A DNA stretch of 64,000 nt, taken from Candidatus Omnitrophota bacterium (GTDB lineage Bacteria; Omnitrophota; Gorgyraeia; Aquiviventales; Aquiviventaceae). Position 1 is the stretch's first letter. Each line of letters begins with the position of its first letter. The position numbers and the translations under genes were made by a program. The DNA lies in the NCBI GenBank assembly GCA_016209275.1, contig JACQWM010000029.1, forward strand, positions 2,692-66,691, in the 5' to 3' direction. The notes beneath the pieces were generated by a model. That model had not been told where the DNA came from and ran no database searches. It was given only the letters and a program-made list of their open reading frames with translations. Shown here one piece after another: positions 33,502-44,719 of this stretch.

Positions 33502-33711
33502 ATGAGCGGCGGGCAAATCCGAAATCGATGTCATGCTTGCGGCGGGAGTGGAGTGCTGGCCCCTGCCATGCCCTCGTGTAAGATTCTGGCGCGGAAGGAG
33601 CCGTGGATCGTGGTCGAGAAATGCGACGCTTGCGATCGATACGTTGATGATTTGACCGCAGCCTCATCTACCTTTTCTTTGCCTCACAAAAGCCCGTTGC
33701 GAAGACCATAG
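33502..33711 (+). CDS. Small zinc-ribbon protein (CxxC...C...CxxC)
   Basis: MSGGQIRNRCHACGGSG...CKIL...VEKCDACDRY; strong RBS GAGGAGG 8 nt upstream. Confidence 0.45.
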   Translation: MSGGQIRNRCHACGGSGVLAPAMPSCKILARKEPWIVVEKCDACDRYVDDLTAASSTFSLPHKSPLRRP

Positions 33712-33751
33712 TTGATCATATCTTCCGAAAGTATAAGAACAAGGGAAAGTA

Positions 33752-34540
33752 ATGGCAGAATATTCATCAATTGAATGGACGGATGCGACCTGGAATCCTG
33801 TAACCGGTTGCACAAAGGTTAGCCCGGGGTGCAAGCACTGCTATGCGGAGGCATTCGCGGAGCGATGGCGGGGTATCAAGGGGCATCCCTACGAGCAGGG
33901 GTTTAATCTAAGACTTTGGCCGGAGAGACTAGAGTTGCCGCTTCGCTGGAAGGAGCGGCGAAAGATTTTCGTCAACTCTATGTCTGATCTGTTTCACAAG
34001 GATGTGCCAGACGAGTTTATCGGTAAGGTCTTCGATGTCATGCGACAGGCGAACTGGCACATTTTTCAGCTTTTGACAAAGCGTCCTGAGCGGATGAGAG
34101 CGTGGTCAAACACATACTTCTGCTCGAGCGATTATCCCCCGAACGGCAAACACGTCTGGCCGGAGCACGTCTGGGCAGGCGTATCTGTGGAAACGCAGGC
34201 CTACGTCTCACGCATTCGTGATCTGCAACACGTTCCGGCGAAGATTCGCTTTCTCTCAATAGAGCCGATGCTTGGGCCAGTGGAGCTCGATAGCTCGCTG
34301 CTTGAAGGGATACATTGGGTCATCGTCGGTGGCGAGAGCGGTCCTTCTGCGCGTCCTATGAATCCTGAATGGGTCTACGCAATCCTGAAACAATGCAGAC
34401 AGCATTGCGTTAAGTTTTTCTTCAAGCAATGGGGTGCCCACACGCCCGACGGACGACGGGTAGGCAAAAAAGCTGCCGGAAGACTCCTCAAGGGACGGAC
34501 ATGGGACGAGATGCCAGTGGAGCTAACGTTAGTGAGCTAA
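33752..34540 (+). CDS. Phage Gp37/Gp68-family (PF07505-like) three-Cys-motif protein
   Basis: [33 protein letters not shown]... N-terminal signature and ...VIVGGESGP. Assignment from memory. Confidence 0.55.
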   Translation: MAEYSSIEWTDATWNPVTGCTKVSPGCKHCYAEAFAERWRGIKGHPYEQGFNLRLWPERLELPLRWKERRKIFVNSMSDLFHKDVPDEFIGKVFDVMRQANWHIFQLLTKRPERMRAWSNTYFCSSDYPPNGKHVWPEHVWAGVSVETQAYVSRIRDLQHVPAKIRFLSIEPMLGPVELDSSLLEGIHWVIVGGESGPSARPMNPEWVYAILKQCRQHCVKFFFKQWGAHTPDGRRVGKKAAGRLLKGRTWDEMPVELTLVS

Positions 34541-34548
34541 TAATCCCA

Positions 34549-35151
34549 CTAAATGAAACCACCTCTGGCGATCTCGGAATGGCGGAAGCAGGAGATGACA
34601 TGGTCGTTGACCATGCCGGTCGCTTGCATGTGCGCGTAGCAGATGGTCGAGCCGACGAAGCGAAAGCCAAGACGCTTCAATTTCTTGCTCATCGCCTCCG
34701 ATGCTTTCGTCGTCACTGGCAGATCCTTGATCCGCCGCCAGCGATTGACAATCGGCTTGCCGTCGACGAATTGCCACATGAGACGGCTAAAACTGCCCTG
34801 CGCTTCTTGAACCTCGAGGAAGGCGCGGGCATTGGCGATCGCCCCTTCGATCTTCAGCCGGTTGCGGATAATGCCGGCATCGCGCAGGAGTGCCTGGATC
34901 TTCGGCCGGCCATAGCGGGCGATCTTCGTCGGGTCAAATTGATCGAAGGCGGCTCGAAACGCTTCGCGCTTTTTCAGGACAGTGACCCAACTTAAACCCG
35001 CCTGCATGCCTTCAAGAATCAGGAACTCAAAGAGCTTGCGATCCTCATGCAGCGGCACCCCCCACTCGGTGTCATGATAGCTCATCATGATCTCGGGCTG
35101 GCGGCTCCAATCACCCCACTCGCAGCGCTGTCGCACCGCCCTCATCAGCAA
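34549..35151 (-). CDS. tag: DNA-3-methyladenine glycosylase I
   Basis: ...HDTEWGVP...[19 protein letters not shown]...; start may be 35145. Confidence 0.8.
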   Translation of the reverse strand: MLMRAVRQRCEWGDWSRQPEIMMSYHDTEWGVPLHEDRKLFEFLILEGMQAGLSWVTVLKKREAFRAAFDQFDPTKIARYGRPKIQALLRDAGIIRNRLKIEGAIANARAFLEVQEAQGSFSRLMWQFVDGKPIVNRWRRIKDLPVTTKASEAMSKKLKRLGFRFVGSTICYAHMQATGMVNDHVISCFRHSEIARGGFI

Positions 35152-36200
35152 ATCCTCGGGAGCTGCTCGCCGCTGAACAAATCGAGCATCCGTTGAGAGC
35201 CAATGGCGTTGTGAACTGTCACCTGCGATGGGGCGGCATCCGCCACATACCCGATGAGGGTGGCATCGCGCCCCAATGGATGCGAGCGCATCAGCTCCAA
35301 CGCCCGCGAGGCGTCATCGGCGGCGACAAAGGCCACGCACCGTCCTTCATTCGCCACATACAGCGGATCCAGCCCTAACAACTCGCACGCGCCGCGGACT
35401 TCTTCTTGGATCGGCAGCACGGTTTCATCGATGTCGATAGAGACCTTGGCAGCGTGCGCGATTTCAATCAGGCCGCTGGCCAGCCCGCCGCGCGTCAAAT
35501 CGCGCAGGCAATGCACCTGCATCTTCGCCGCCAGCAGCCGTGCGACCAGATCGGCCAGGGGTGCTGTGTCGCTTTCGATGGTCGTCTCGAAATTCAATCC
35601 CTCGCGCACCGCCATGATCGCAATCCCATGACGCCCCAGATCACCCGAGAGCAGCACTGCATCCCCTGCCCGCACTTGACTCGGAGCAATCACCACACCG
35701 GCAGGCACGACTCCGACACCTGAGGTGTTAATGAACAACCCGTCGCCCTTGCCCTTCTCGACCACTTTGGTGTCACCGGTGACGACCGAGACGTTGGCCG
35801 ACTTCGCCGCGTGCTGAATCGACTGAATCACGCGCCAGAGGGTCTCCATCGGCAGCCCTTCTTCTAGAATAAACCCAAGACTCAGCCAGAGTGGGCAAGC
35901 CCCGCACATCGCCAAATCATTCACCGTGCCGTTGACCGCAAGCCGGCCAATGTCGCCACCGGGAAAGATCAACGGCTGGACGACGTACGAGTCGGTGGTG
36001 AAGGCCAGCCGAACCCCCTGAAGATCCATCACGGCTCCATCATGCCGCATCCCAAGCCAGGGATTATTGAACGCAGGCAGCATGAGGCGCTCAATCAATT
36101 GTTGCGTGAGCTTGCCGCCGCCGCCATGGCCCAAGAGCACAGTTGGGTAGTCTGTCAGCGGAATGGGGCAGGCCAGCGGAAATCCTGTCGTGAGGCTCAT
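35145..36200 (-). CDS. hypE: Hydrogenase maturation protein HypE
   Basis: AIR-synthase-like fold; C-terminal ...PRIC. ATGA overlap with the hypD stop. The track ORF extends to 36374. Confidence 0.8.
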   Translation of the reverse strand: MSLTTGFPLACPIPLTDYPTVLLGHGGGGKLTQQLIERLMLPAFNNPWLGMRHDGAVMDLQGVRLAFTTDSYVVQPLIFPGGDIGRLAVNGTVNDLAMCGACPLWLSLGFILEEGLPMETLWRVIQSIQHAAKSANVSVVTGDTKVVEKGKGDGLFINTSGVGVVPAGVVIAPSQVRAGDAVLLSGDLGRHGIAIMAVREGLNFETTIESDTAPLADLVARLLAAKMQVHCLRDLTRGGLASGLIEIAHAAKVSIDIDETVLPIQEEVRGACELLGLDPLYVANEGRCVAFVAADDASRALELMRSHPLGRDATLIGYVADAAPSQVTVHNAIGSQRMLDLFSGEQLPRIC

Positions 36201-37309
36201 GCGACGGCTTCCGATGGTGCGGCGGCCGGCCGCCGATACCGATAGTACGCCGCGCAGGCTCCCTCCGATGAGACCATGGTGGCTCCCAGGGGACGCTCCG
36301 GCGTGCATCGTGTTCCGAACGCCGGACATTCGATCGGCTTCTTGATGCCTTGCAGGATCAGGCCGCTGATGCACTCAGAGGATTCCTCCGCGCTCAGCGT
36401 TGCGACGTCGAACCGCAGCGCCGCATCAAACGCGTCGTAGGGCGCTCGCAATCCGAGCCCGCTGCGGGCAATCGGGCCGATGCCTCGCCATTTGCGCGGC
36501 ACGATCTCGAAGACTTCGCGGATCGCCCACATCGCCTGCGCATTGCCCTCGCGCCGCACCGCGCGCGTGTATTGGTTTTCGACCTCGGCCCGGCCCTCTT
36601 CAAGCTGCGCAACACACATCAGCACGCCGTGCAGGATATCCAACGGCTCAAACCCGGTGACGACGATTGGCACGCGATACCTGGCGGCGATCGGCTCATA
36701 CTCGGTGTACCCCATGATGGCGCAGACATGGCCGGCCGCCAGAAATCCTTGGACGGTGTTGTGAGGCGAGGAGAGCACGGCCTCCATCGCCGGTGGAACC
36801 AGCACATGCGAAACGAGCATCGAAAAATTCGTCAGATGCTGCTGCGAAGCCAACACCACCGCCATCGCGGTTGAGGGCGCGGTGGTTTCAAATCCCACGG
36901 CGAAAAAGACCACTTCGCGATCCGGATGCTCTCGGGCAAGGGCGACCGCATCCACCGGGGAATAGACGATGCGCACCTCCGCCCCGGCAGCTTTCGCCGC
37001 AAACAGATCCTGGGACGTGCCCGGCACGCGCAGCATGTCGCCGAAGCTGCAGAAGATCACCTCGGGCCGCTGCGCAATGGCGATGGCTTGATCGACGAGC
37101 TCAACCGACGTCACGCACACCGGGCAGCCCGGCCCGTGCACCAATGTGATGAGCTTCGGCAGCAACTCATCGATACCGAAGCGCACGATGGCATGGGTCT
37201 GGCCGCCGCAGACTTCCATGAGCGTCCAAGGGCGTTTGGTGATCTTCGTAATCGCCGAAGCGATGCCACGGATGGCTTTCGCATCGCGATACTCGTCAAG
37301 AAATCGCAT
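36197..37309 (-). CDS. hypD: Hydrogenase maturation protein HypD
   Basis: MRFLDEYRD...CGGQTH...GPGCPVC motifs. Confidence 0.9.
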   Translation of the reverse strand: MRFLDEYRDAKAIRGIASAITKITKRPWTLMEVCGGQTHAIVRFGIDELLPKLITLVHGPGCPVCVTSVELVDQAIAIAQRPEVIFCSFGDMLRVPGTSQDLFAAKAAGAEVRIVYSPVDAVALAREHPDREVVFFAVGFETTAPSTAMAVVLASQQHLTNFSMLVSHVLVPPAMEAVLSSPHNTVQGFLAAGHVCAIMGYTEYEPIAARYRVPIVVTGFEPLDILHGVLMCVAQLEEGRAEVENQYTRAVRREGNAQAMWAIREVFEIVPRKWRGIGPIARSGLGLRAPYDAFDAALRFDVATLSAEESSECISGLILQGIKKPIECPAFGTRCTPERPLGATMVSSEGACAAYYRYRRPAAAPSEAVA

Positions 37310-37556
37310 CGCGCGGTGCGAGCTCCTTCAGTTCATCGATCTGCTGCAAATAGTCAAATACGCGGGTGGCTTCTGCCTCATTCACCTTGCTGATGGCGAA
37401 TCCCACATGCACGATGACAAAGTCGCCCACGTGGGCGTCTGGCACAAACGACAGGTTCACCTGTTTCGTGATCCCGCCGAAACTCACGACACCGGCGCGA
37501 GCCACCCCTGCTGATTCCGTAATCTGAAGAATTTTCCCAGGAACGCCAAGGCACAT
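37296..37556 (-). CDS. hypC: Hydrogenase assembly chaperone HypC
   Basis: [10 protein letters not shown]-terminus; about 86 aa. Confidence 0.8.
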   Translation of the reverse strand: MCLGVPGKILQITESAGVARAGVVSFGGITKQVNLSFVPDAHVGDFVIVHVGFAISKVNEAEATRVFDYLQQIDELKELAPRDAIS

Positions 37557-39934
37557 CACGACACCGATCGGCTTCGTGCGACCGCGGCCAACTGCCCAAG
37601 CGCAATACCACCATCGTTGGGAGGTACCTGACGGTGCCAAAATGGTTCAAGGTCTTCGCGGCGCAAGCGAAGAATGGCGCGCTCAGTCAGCACGCGATTT
37701 TGGAAACAGCCGCCGCTGAGCACAACGCGCGGCAATCCAAGATGATGCGCGACCGTGACGATCGTTTCTGCCAACGCATTGTGGAACTTCGCGGCGATGA
37801 TGGCGGGCGGCACAAGCATTTTAAGATCCGAAAGAATCCCTCTGACCAGCGGCTCCCAATCCAGCTGCTGATGGAAATTCGCCTCGTGGAATATCGTGCA
37901 AGGGATCAATGGCATGGAATAGCTGTCGTCTGTCTCAGCGCGCTCGGCGGCATGCTCAAGCGCCATCGCGGCTTGGCCTTCGAATTGACGTCCGTGGTGC
38001 AGATTGAGCAGCGACGCGACCGCGTCAAACAGGCGGCCGATGCTCGTGGTCCACGGCGATTGCACACCGCGCGAAAGCATGGCGGCCAGTACCGCGCGCT
38101 CGCGATCGGTAAGGCTTGCGATGGGTGCCAGCCGCGGGAATAGCGTTAGCGTATCAGGCTCCATCGCGATGAGCAATCCTAACGCGCTGCGGCGCGGCTC
38201 GCGGATCGCCTGCTCCCCGCCCGGCAGCCGAAACGGCCGAAGGTGCGCTACCCGCTCAACTTTCCTGTCATCGACGGCAAAATATTCTCCGCCCCAGATC
38301 ATGCCGTCAGAACCCAATCCTGTGCCGTCCCAAGCTACGCCAAGCACAGCGTCGGAGAGCTCATTATCCGCCATGCACGAGAGCACATGCGCCACGTGAT
38401 GCTGGATCGGCACAACCGGCCGCGCCTGCCGCTTCGCCCACCGGCTGGACTCGTAGTCTGGATGCAGATCACACGCGATCATCGTTGGCATCGTGGCATA
38501 AAAGGTTTGCAACGATTCGATGGCGCGCGTGAAGCCGTCAATCGCCTGCGGCGTTTCCAAATCCCCAAGATGCTGGCTCAGCACCGCCTGGTCTCCGACG
38601 GCGATGGCCACGGTATTTTTCAGATGCGCGCCGACCGCAAGACATGGTGGTGGCTCACCAGCAAGATTCACCGGCAGCGGCGCGTAGCCGCGCGCTCGGC
38701 GCAACAGCAGCGGCCGATTGGCCACGATACGCACCACCGAATCATCCACATGGCGCGCAATCGGCCGGTCATGCACCAGCCAGACATCCGCCACCGAGGC
38801 TAATCGCTGCAAGGCCTCGCGCTCATCGGTGCAGATCGGCTCTTCCGACAGATTGCCGCTAGTCGCCACGACTGCGAATTCTAGCTCGCGCAGCAGCAGA
38901 TGATGGAGTGCTGTCATCGGCAGCATCACGCCAAGCCATGGATTCTTGGGTGCTACCGCCTCAGCGATCTGGATGTGTTCTCTTCGGCGACGGACCAAGA
39001 CGATCGGAGCCACGGTCGACTGGAGCACGTACCGTTCATCTTTTGTGACCTCGGCATGCGCTTCAATCATCTCCATTGACGGATACATGAGCGCAAACGG
39101 CTTGGCCTCCCGGCCTTTGCGCAAGCGCAACCGCTGCACCGCCTTTTCATTTCGCGCATCCGCCATCAGATGAAAACCGCCAAGCCCTTTGACCGCCACG
39201 ATGCGGCCGTCGCGAATCGCCTGCGCTGCGCGGATGAGCGCCTCATCGCGCGATGCGATCACTCCGCCGGCCGCATCCCAAAGCTGAAGCTGCGGGCCGC
39301 ATGCCGGGCACGCATTCGGCTCGGCATGGAACCGGCGATTCATCGGATCGTCGTATTCCGCGCGGCAATCATTGCACATGGCAAACCGCCGCATGGTGGT
39401 CTTCGCCCGGTCATACGGCAATTGCTCAATGATCGAAAAGCGCGGCCCGCAATGCGTGCAGTTAATGAACGGATAGCGAAACCGGCGATTGGACGGATCA
39501 CAACATTCGACGAGGCACGCCTCGCACGTCGCCAGATCCGGCAGCACGACCGCTGTCGGTGCGCCTTGGTCATCGCTTGGCCGAATAACAAACTGCGCCC
39601 CGCCCTCTGCGCCAATGGATTGCGCCTCGATGGTCTCAATCGCCGCCGGGGCTGGCAGCTCAGCGCCTAGCCGCTGTTGAAATGTTTCCAACTGCTCAGG
39701 CGAGCCTTCAATTTCAAGCGATATGCCGTGGCGGGTATTGACGACCCATCCGGAGAGCCGCAACTGCGTCGCTAACGTGTAGACAAACGGACGGAATCCC
39801 ACCCCCTGCACCGCACCGGTAATGGTCAGTCGCCGGCGCTGGAGCCCCACGTGCTTGCCCGTGGGGCGGAACCGCTCCGAAGCCTCCGGCGAAGGAGGGT
39901 GAATCGCAGGCTGTGTCAACGTGGTTGAAGTCAT
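37556..39934 (-). CDS. hypF: Carbamoyltransferase HypF
   Basis: Acylphosphatase domain, two CxxC zinc fingers (CEACLVEC...CTHCGPRF, CNDC...CPACGP), YrdC and Kae1-like domains. Track ORF start 39982; M17 at 39934 preferred. Confidence 0.9.
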   Translation of the reverse strand: MTSTTLTQPAIHPPSPEASERFRPTGKHVGLQRRRLTITGAVQGVGFRPFVYTLATQLRLSGWVVNTRHGISLEIEGSPEQLETFQQRLGAELPAPAAIETIEAQSIGAEGGAQFVIRPSDDQGAPTAVVLPDLATCEACLVECCDPSNRRFRYPFINCTHCGPRFSIIEQLPYDRAKTTMRRFAMCNDCRAEYDDPMNRRFHAEPNACPACGPQLQLWDAAGGVIASRDEALIRAAQAIRDGRIVAVKGLGGFHLMADARNEKAVQRLRLRKGREAKPFALMYPSMEMIEAHAEVTKDERYVLQSTVAPIVLVRRRREHIQIAEAVAPKNPWLGVMLPMTALHHLLLRELEFAVVATSGNLSEEPICTDEREALQRLASVADVWLVHDRPIARHVDDSVVRIVANRPLLLRRARGYAPLPVNLAGEPPPCLAVGAHLKNTVAIAVGDQAVLSQHLGDLETPQAIDGFTRAIESLQTFYATMPTMIACDLHPDYESSRWAKRQARPVVPIQHHVAHVLSCMADNELSDAVLGVAWDGTGLGSDGMIWGGEYFAVDDRKVERVAHLRPFRLPGGEQAIREPRRSALGLLIAMEPDTLTLFPRLAPIASLTDRERAVLAAMLSRGVQSPWTTSIGRLFDAVASLLNLHHGRQFEGQAAMALEHAAERAETDDSYSMPLIPCTIFHEANFHQQLDWEPLVRGILSDLKMLVPPAIIAAKFHNALAETIVTVAHHLGLPRVVLSGGCFQNRVLTERAILRLRREDLEPFWHRQVPPNDGGIALGQLAAVARSRSVS

Positions 39935-39938
39935 GAGC

Positions 39939-40634
39939 CTACCTCCGAAGAAGCCTGCGCGCCAGTTCGTGGACTTCCTCATTGGCGAGTGCTTTCAGGC
40001 GCTTGCTGACCGTTCTGTAGAAATACGTTTTCTCCGTATTGGTCATCTCTGCGCCCTCCGCTCGCTTTCGTAACAACTCTTTTTGACGAGGCGTGAAGAG
40101 CTCGGAGAGCAAGAGTTCAAATTCCAAGGCATGCGTCTTCTCCCTGTCCTCCACTCCCTCCCGCGCGTTAACATAATACGTCCGGAAGGTATTTTTCAGT
40201 CGTTCCGTGGACAGCTCAAAACCGTTCATGGCCAGCGGCTCTGATTTCAGGAAGTGTGATTCGACATTCCGAAGGGTGTCCTCTCCATTCTTGCACTTGA
40301 AGAGCAGCGTCCGCGCACGCTCTTGCAAACTCTTCTCCAGGCCAAACAACCGAAAGAGGACGTAACTGAGCGCTAATAAACGGGCGAGACGCTGTGACCT
40401 CATCACCCCCAGCGCTTTCTCTGGGTTCCAATTGGGTGACTCCCATCGCAGATTCGTCTTTTCACGCAGGGCGTTCAGGAGAACGACTGCGAAGCCCTCT
40501 ACGATGCGGCTTTCCCGCTGTCGCAACAGGCGTTCGAGCACCGTTTCAGGATCGCTGCGACGCACGGGCCTCATGAGGGGGTAACCATACGCAGCCAATT
40601 GTTCTACGAGCGCGTGTGTATCATGCGGCGTCAT
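39939..40634 (-). CDS. Hypothetical 231-aa protein with a C-terminal HTH-like segment (LFTPRQKELLRKRAEGAEMTNTEKTYFYRTVSKRLKAL); lower GC
   Basis: No recognisable family. ATGA-coupled to an upstream 57-aa ORF. Confidence 0.4.
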   Translation of the reverse strand: MTPHDTHALVEQLAAYGYPLMRPVRRSDPETVLERLLRQRESRIVEGFAVVLLNALREKTNLRWESPNWNPEKALGVMRSQRLARLLALSYVLFRLFGLEKSLQERARTLLFKCKNGEDTLRNVESHFLKSEPLAMNGFELSTERLKNTFRTYYVNAREGVEDREKTHALEFELLLSELFTPRQKELLRKRAEGAEMTNTEKTYFYRTVSKRLKALANEEVHELARRLLRR

Positions 40635-40804
40635 TTCGAAACACCCCTCGCCTTGGTCAGGAAGTGCTTGAGATTCTTGATGACACGCTCCTCGCTGACC
40701 TCATAGCGTGCGGTTTCTCGATATCGTTCCTCGAGCGCTCGAAGACTGACAGCTTCGTGCTCGAGCAATGTAAGACACGGGCATGTATATTTTTTGGCAC
40801 TCAT
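40631..40804 (-). CDS. Hypothetical 57-aa protein (MSAKKYTCPCLTLLEHEAVSLRALEERYRETARYEV...)
   Basis: By-eye minus-strand translation (not in the ORF track). Its TGA overlaps the ATG of the 231-aa gene. Confidence 0.35.
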   Translation of the reverse strand: MSAKKYTCPCLTLLEHEAVSLRALEERYRETARYEVSEERVIKNLKHFLTKARGVSK

Positions 40805-40954
40805 CTGTTCGCTCGACGTGCAATGACCTCCAGATGTTGCTGTGGTGTCTGGTAGTCCAGCGATTCATGGATACGCTCAGTTTTTGGAAAATCCTGGACG
40901 GTGCTCATGTTACAGATAGCTCAGGCGGAGTCAGGAGTTTCAAGGCGGCGGTCA

Positions 40955-42160
40955 CTACTTTTCTCCGCCAGAGCCGAGAAGCGTGCCCTGCGCGAGCGGG
41001 GCTTCGAGAAACTGCTGCACGCTCAACGCTGAGCCGCCGACCGTGATGGTCTTGGCGACGGGGTAGCGCTTGATGAACGCCGTCAGGCCTGGGTGCGCCA
41101 TCCGTCGCGATCCGCTTTTGACCTCAATCGCCGTCACACCAGCACCCTTGCGCGCCACGAAATCCACCTCCTCGTTCCCTTCCCGCCAATAAAACACCTC
41201 GACCCCTTCGCTCGCACCGCGATTGACCAGATGCGCGCCGACCGTCACTTCGACCAACCGTCCCCATCGCTGCGGATCCGCCCGCCACTCTGCAAAGGAT
41301 TGGTTGCTCAGGGCGGTCATCAATCCCGTGCTCAGCGGCAGCCATTTCGGGCTTGAGCCTCGTCGGCGGACAGCAGACCCCGACCACTTGGGCAGACCGC
41401 GCAGCAGGAACGCCGATTCCAACAGGCGCTGATACGACGCCAATGTTTCGGTATGCCCGGCATCAGCCAATTGGCCCAGGATTTTTTGATACGACAGGAC
41501 TTGCCCGCCGTACTCGCAGGCGAGCACGAAGAGCTGGCGCAGCAGGGCAGGTTTGTCGACGCGGTTGAGCAGCAGGATGTCTTTCGAGATGGCGGTCTCG
41601 ATCAGCGAATCCTGCACATACTGGCGCCACCGCAGCTCATCAGCGATCAGCGCGGCAGCGCCCGGGTAGCCGCCGAAGTACACGTACTGATCCAGGGACC
41701 AGCCGAAGGCGTCACGGCATTCGGTCCAGGACCACTGAGGGCACCGGATGACCTCGAAGCGTCCGGCCAGACTTTCCTCCAACCCGCGCTGGACCAACAA
41801 CGACGAGGAGCCAAGAATCACGACGTGTAATTGACGCTTCAGACGCGCATCTTCATCCCAGAGCCGCTTGACCTCGATCGACCAGTGGGATACGCGCTGC
41901 ACCTCATCGAGCACCAAGACCGCCGGGGCTCCGGCGTGGCATTGCATCCGCGCGCGGTCCCACTGTTGCGCAATCCATTCAGTCGCGGGCGGAGCCGGCA
42001 GATCGGCGGCGGCATAATGCGACGGCATCGTAAGCTCACTGAGCACCTGCTGGATGGCAGTCGTCTTGCCCACCTGGCGCGGCCCGGTGATCACCTGCAC
42101 AAAACGCCGCGGTTCACCCAACCGATGGCTGATGATCTTTGTAATATCTCGTTTATACAT
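40955..42160 (-). CDS. AAA-family ATPase with a DUF4143-type C-terminal domain
   Basis: Walker A GPRQVGKTT; ...VLVLDEVQ Walker B; 401 aa. Confidence 0.7.
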   Translation of the reverse strand: MYKRDITKIISHRLGEPRRFVQVITGPRQVGKTTAIQQVLSELTMPSHYAAADLPAPPATEWIAQQWDRARMQCHAGAPAVLVLDEVQRVSHWSIEVKRLWDEDARLKRQLHVVILGSSSLLVQRGLEESLAGRFEVIRCPQWSWTECRDAFGWSLDQYVYFGGYPGAAALIADELRWRQYVQDSLIETAISKDILLLNRVDKPALLRQLFVLACEYGGQVLSYQKILGQLADAGHTETLASYQRLLESAFLLRGLPKWSGSAVRRRGSSPKWLPLSTGLMTALSNQSFAEWRADPQRWGRLVEVTVGAHLVNRGASEGVEVFYWREGNEEVDFVARKGAGVTAIEVKSGSRRMAHPGLTAFIKRYPVAKTITVGGSALSVQQFLEAPLAQGTLLGSGGEK

Positions 42161-42214
42161 AGATAGTTAGCTCTATGAGTAATTTTACTCAATTGTGTGA
42201 GAAATATCAAGCTG

Positions 42215-42673
42215 CTACAGGACTTCGCGCGCGATCGATGTGACGACGCGGTCAATGGCCTGGGTAACCGATGGGCTGATGGTCGTACCGGCGTCGAACC
42301 GTTCGCCTTCGATGCCGTAGACAATCAGCTCGGCCGGCAGCCGGCCCATCGCCCGCGCCAGCTCCACCGCCTCAGCCACTCCAATGGCATGTGTCGACGA
42401 GGACCCGAAGACCTGAACCGGCAGCGGCTGATCATGCGCGGTAAAGCGATGCACGGTGCCGGCGGCCGAGCCTGATCGCACCGCGTCAATCAGAATGACG
42501 CGCGCTGTCTTGGGCCACTGCGCCATGAGGCTGATCCCTTCGCCGCCGGCTTCCTGAATGATGGCCGCTTTCCCCACCAGCGGCTGCAGCCGCCGCGCAG
42601 CCAGCAGACCTGCGGCGTCATCGCCGGCATACGCGTTGCCGATCCCAATAATGACCGTGTGTTTAGCGTTCAA
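42215..42673 (-). CDS. Hydrogenase maturation endopeptidase (HyaD/HybD/HoxW family)
   Basis: [16 protein letters not shown]... 152 aa. Confidence 0.8.
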   Translation of the reverse strand: MNAKHTVIIGIGNAYAGDDAAGLLAARRLQPLVGKAAIIQEAGGEGISLMAQWPKTARVILIDAVRSGSAAGTVHRFTAHDQPLPVQVFGSSSTHAIGVAEAVELARAMGRLPAELIVYGIEGERFDAGTTISPSVTQAIDRVVTSIAREVL

Positions 42674-43946
42674 CGGTGAGTTTCAGGAAATGGGTCGCGC
42701 AGGAAATGCACGGATCATAGTTGCGGATCGCCTGCTCGCACTGCCACTGCAGCTGATCGTCGGGAAGGTCAATGCGCGGGGGGATGAATGTTCGCAAATC
42801 TTCTTCAATCATGCGCTGATTCTGCGAGGTGGGCGGCACGATCTTCGCCTCCACGATGTGCCCCTCGGCATCCAATTGATACCGATGGTACAGGATGCCG
42901 CGCGGAGCTTCGCTGCAGCCGAATCCTGTCGCTGCGCGGGGTTCAACCGGCACGAATGGCTTCGGCGGCGGCTCATACGCATCGATGATCCGCAGCGCTT
43001 CATCGCAGGCATACAGGACTTCCACCGCCCGGACGATGATGCTTTGAAATGGATTATTGCATGTCAGACCAAGCCCAGCACTCCGCGCCGCCTCCTGGGC
43101 GATCGGGGACAGCTTATCAAAGTTGAGACTGTAGCGGGCCATCGGACCCACATGATACGACCCCCGGGCTTGTAATTTCGCATGCAGCGCATTCGAGTGC
43201 GGTACCTGCTCTTCGACGACATGCTGCTCAAAGTCGCTGACAGCAATATCCAGTCCTTTGTTCGAGACGAGGCGGCCCTCGTTGAACGGATACTCATCGG
43301 GATGCCTCAGGGCGACGTATTCATACGGCTGGGAAAATTCTGGAAACGAAAGCTTCGCGACCCATGCCACCGTCTCGCGGGCGGCATCGCGAGCCCATTT
43401 CAGCTCCTCGGCCAGCGGGCCGAGCTCCGCTTGTGTCGGCACCCGGTAAAATCCTCCGACGCGAACGTTGATGGGATGGATTTCCCGGCCGCCGATGAGC
43501 GACATGATCGCGTTACCGGCCTTTTTCAAACGGAGGGCTCGCTCCACGATCTGCGGATGCGCCTTCGCCATCTGAATGGCATCCTCGCACCCTAGAAAAT
43601 CCGGGGCGTGCAAAAAAAAGATGTGCAGCGCGTGGCTTTCGATCCACTCGCCGCAGTAGATCAGCCGCCGGAGCGCTCGCAATTGTCCATCCACCGTCAC
43701 CCCGCAGGCATCCTCCATCGCATGCGTAGCACTCATCTGATACGCGATCGGACAAATGCCGCAGATGCGCGCGGTGATGTCCGGGGCCTCGGTAAAATCC
43801 CGGCCGCGCAGAAACGCCTCAAAGAACCGCGGCGGCTCATAGATCTTCAATTGCACGTCGGTGACCGCGCGGTCTTTGATTTTGATCAGCAAAGCCCCTT
43901 CGCCCTCGACCCTGGCTAAGGCCCCCACCGAAATTGTCTTATGCAT
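42663..43946 (-). CDS. [NiFe] hydrogenase large subunit (group 3b-like)
   Basis: N-terminal RICGICP (RxCGxC) and C-terminal DPCISCATH followed by a cleavable FLKLTVER tail; 427 aa. Confidence 0.85.
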   Translation of the reverse strand: MHKTISVGALARVEGEGALLIKIKDRAVTDVQLKIYEPPRFFEAFLRGRDFTEAPDITARICGICPIAYQMSATHAMEDACGVTVDGQLRALRRLIYCGEWIESHALHIFFLHAPDFLGCEDAIQMAKAHPQIVERALRLKKAGNAIMSLIGGREIHPINVRVGGFYRVPTQAELGPLAEELKWARDAARETVAWVAKLSFPEFSQPYEYVALRHPDEYPFNEGRLVSNKGLDIAVSDFEQHVVEEQVPHSNALHAKLQARGSYHVGPMARYSLNFDKLSPIAQEAARSAGLGLTCNNPFQSIIVRAVEVLYACDEALRIIDAYEPPPKPFVPVEPRAATGFGCSEAPRGILYHRYQLDAEGHIVEAKIVPPTSQNQRMIEEDLRTFIPPRIDLPDDQLQWQCEQAIRNYDPCISCATHFLKLTVER

Positions 43947-44718
43947 GGGCGCTTTCGGTTCGAAACGGCTCGGCGTTGGCGTTAAAGGTCCGATACAGGC
44001 GCTGCCGTTGCTCCTCGCTCACACCGAGCACCGTCAACTGGCGGCTGAGCGAGGCGGTGTTCGCGGCCTCTTTCGGTCCGAAGCATCCGTAGCAGCCGCG
44101 ATGGTACGCGGGACAGATCGCCCCGCAGCCGGCATGCGTCACCGGCCCAAGGCACGGAATGCCCTGGGCCACCATCACGCAGACGGTGCCGCGCCGCTTG
44201 CATTCGATGCACACGCTGGCCGACGACACATTTGGTTTGCGCCCTTTCAAGAATGCGCTGAGCACTTCCACGAGCTGCTGCTTGTTGATCGGGCAGCCGC
44301 GCAGCTCAAAGTCCACCTTCACATGTTCGGCGATCGCCGTCGATGTCGCCAGCGTTTCGATGTATTCCGGCTTGGCATAGACGACCGAGAGAAACTCGCG
44401 CACGTGGCCGAAGTTGCGCAGCGCTTGGATCCCGCCGGCGGTGGCACACGCCCCGATCGTCACCAGGAATTTGGACGCCTTGCGCACCTGCGTGATGCGC
44501 TGGGCGTCATGCGGAGTCGTAATCGAGCCTTCCACCAAGGACAGGTCATACGGCCCTTTGACCACCGCGCGCGAGGCTTCAAGAAAATTGGCGATCTCGA
44601 CTTTTCCAGCGATGGCGAGCAGCTCATCTTCGCAATCGAGCAGGCTGAGCTGGCAGCCGTCGCATGAGGCGAATTTCCAGACGGCCAGTTTCGGCCGTTT
44701 CGGCGTACGCGCGCGCAT
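43939..44718 (-). CDS. [NiFe] hydrogenase small subunit (no Tat signal; cytoplasmic type)
   Basis: ...[12 protein letters not shown]...GACATAGG...[14 protein letters not shown] Fe-S ligands. Confidence 0.8.
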   Translation of the reverse strand: MRARTPKRPKLAVWKFASCDGCQLSLLDCEDELLAIAGKVEIANFLEASRAVVKGPYDLSLVEGSITTPHDAQRITQVRKASKFLVTIGACATAGGIQALRNFGHVREFLSVVYAKPEYIETLATSTAIAEHVKVDFELRGCPINKQQLVEVLSAFLKGRKPNVSSASVCIECKRRGTVCVMVAQGIPCLGPVTHAGCGAICPAYHRGCYGCFGPKEAANTASLSRQLTVLGVSEEQRQRLYRTFNANAEPFRTESAHA

Positions 44719-44719
44719 A

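Noticed and set aside
42663-44718. Hydrogenase as a periplasmic uptake (group 1) enzyme
   Set aside because: The small subunit lacks a twin-arginine signal, and the partners are HydB/HydG-like Fe-S and FAD/NAD(P) subunits. This fits a cytoplasmic group 3b-type enzyme better.
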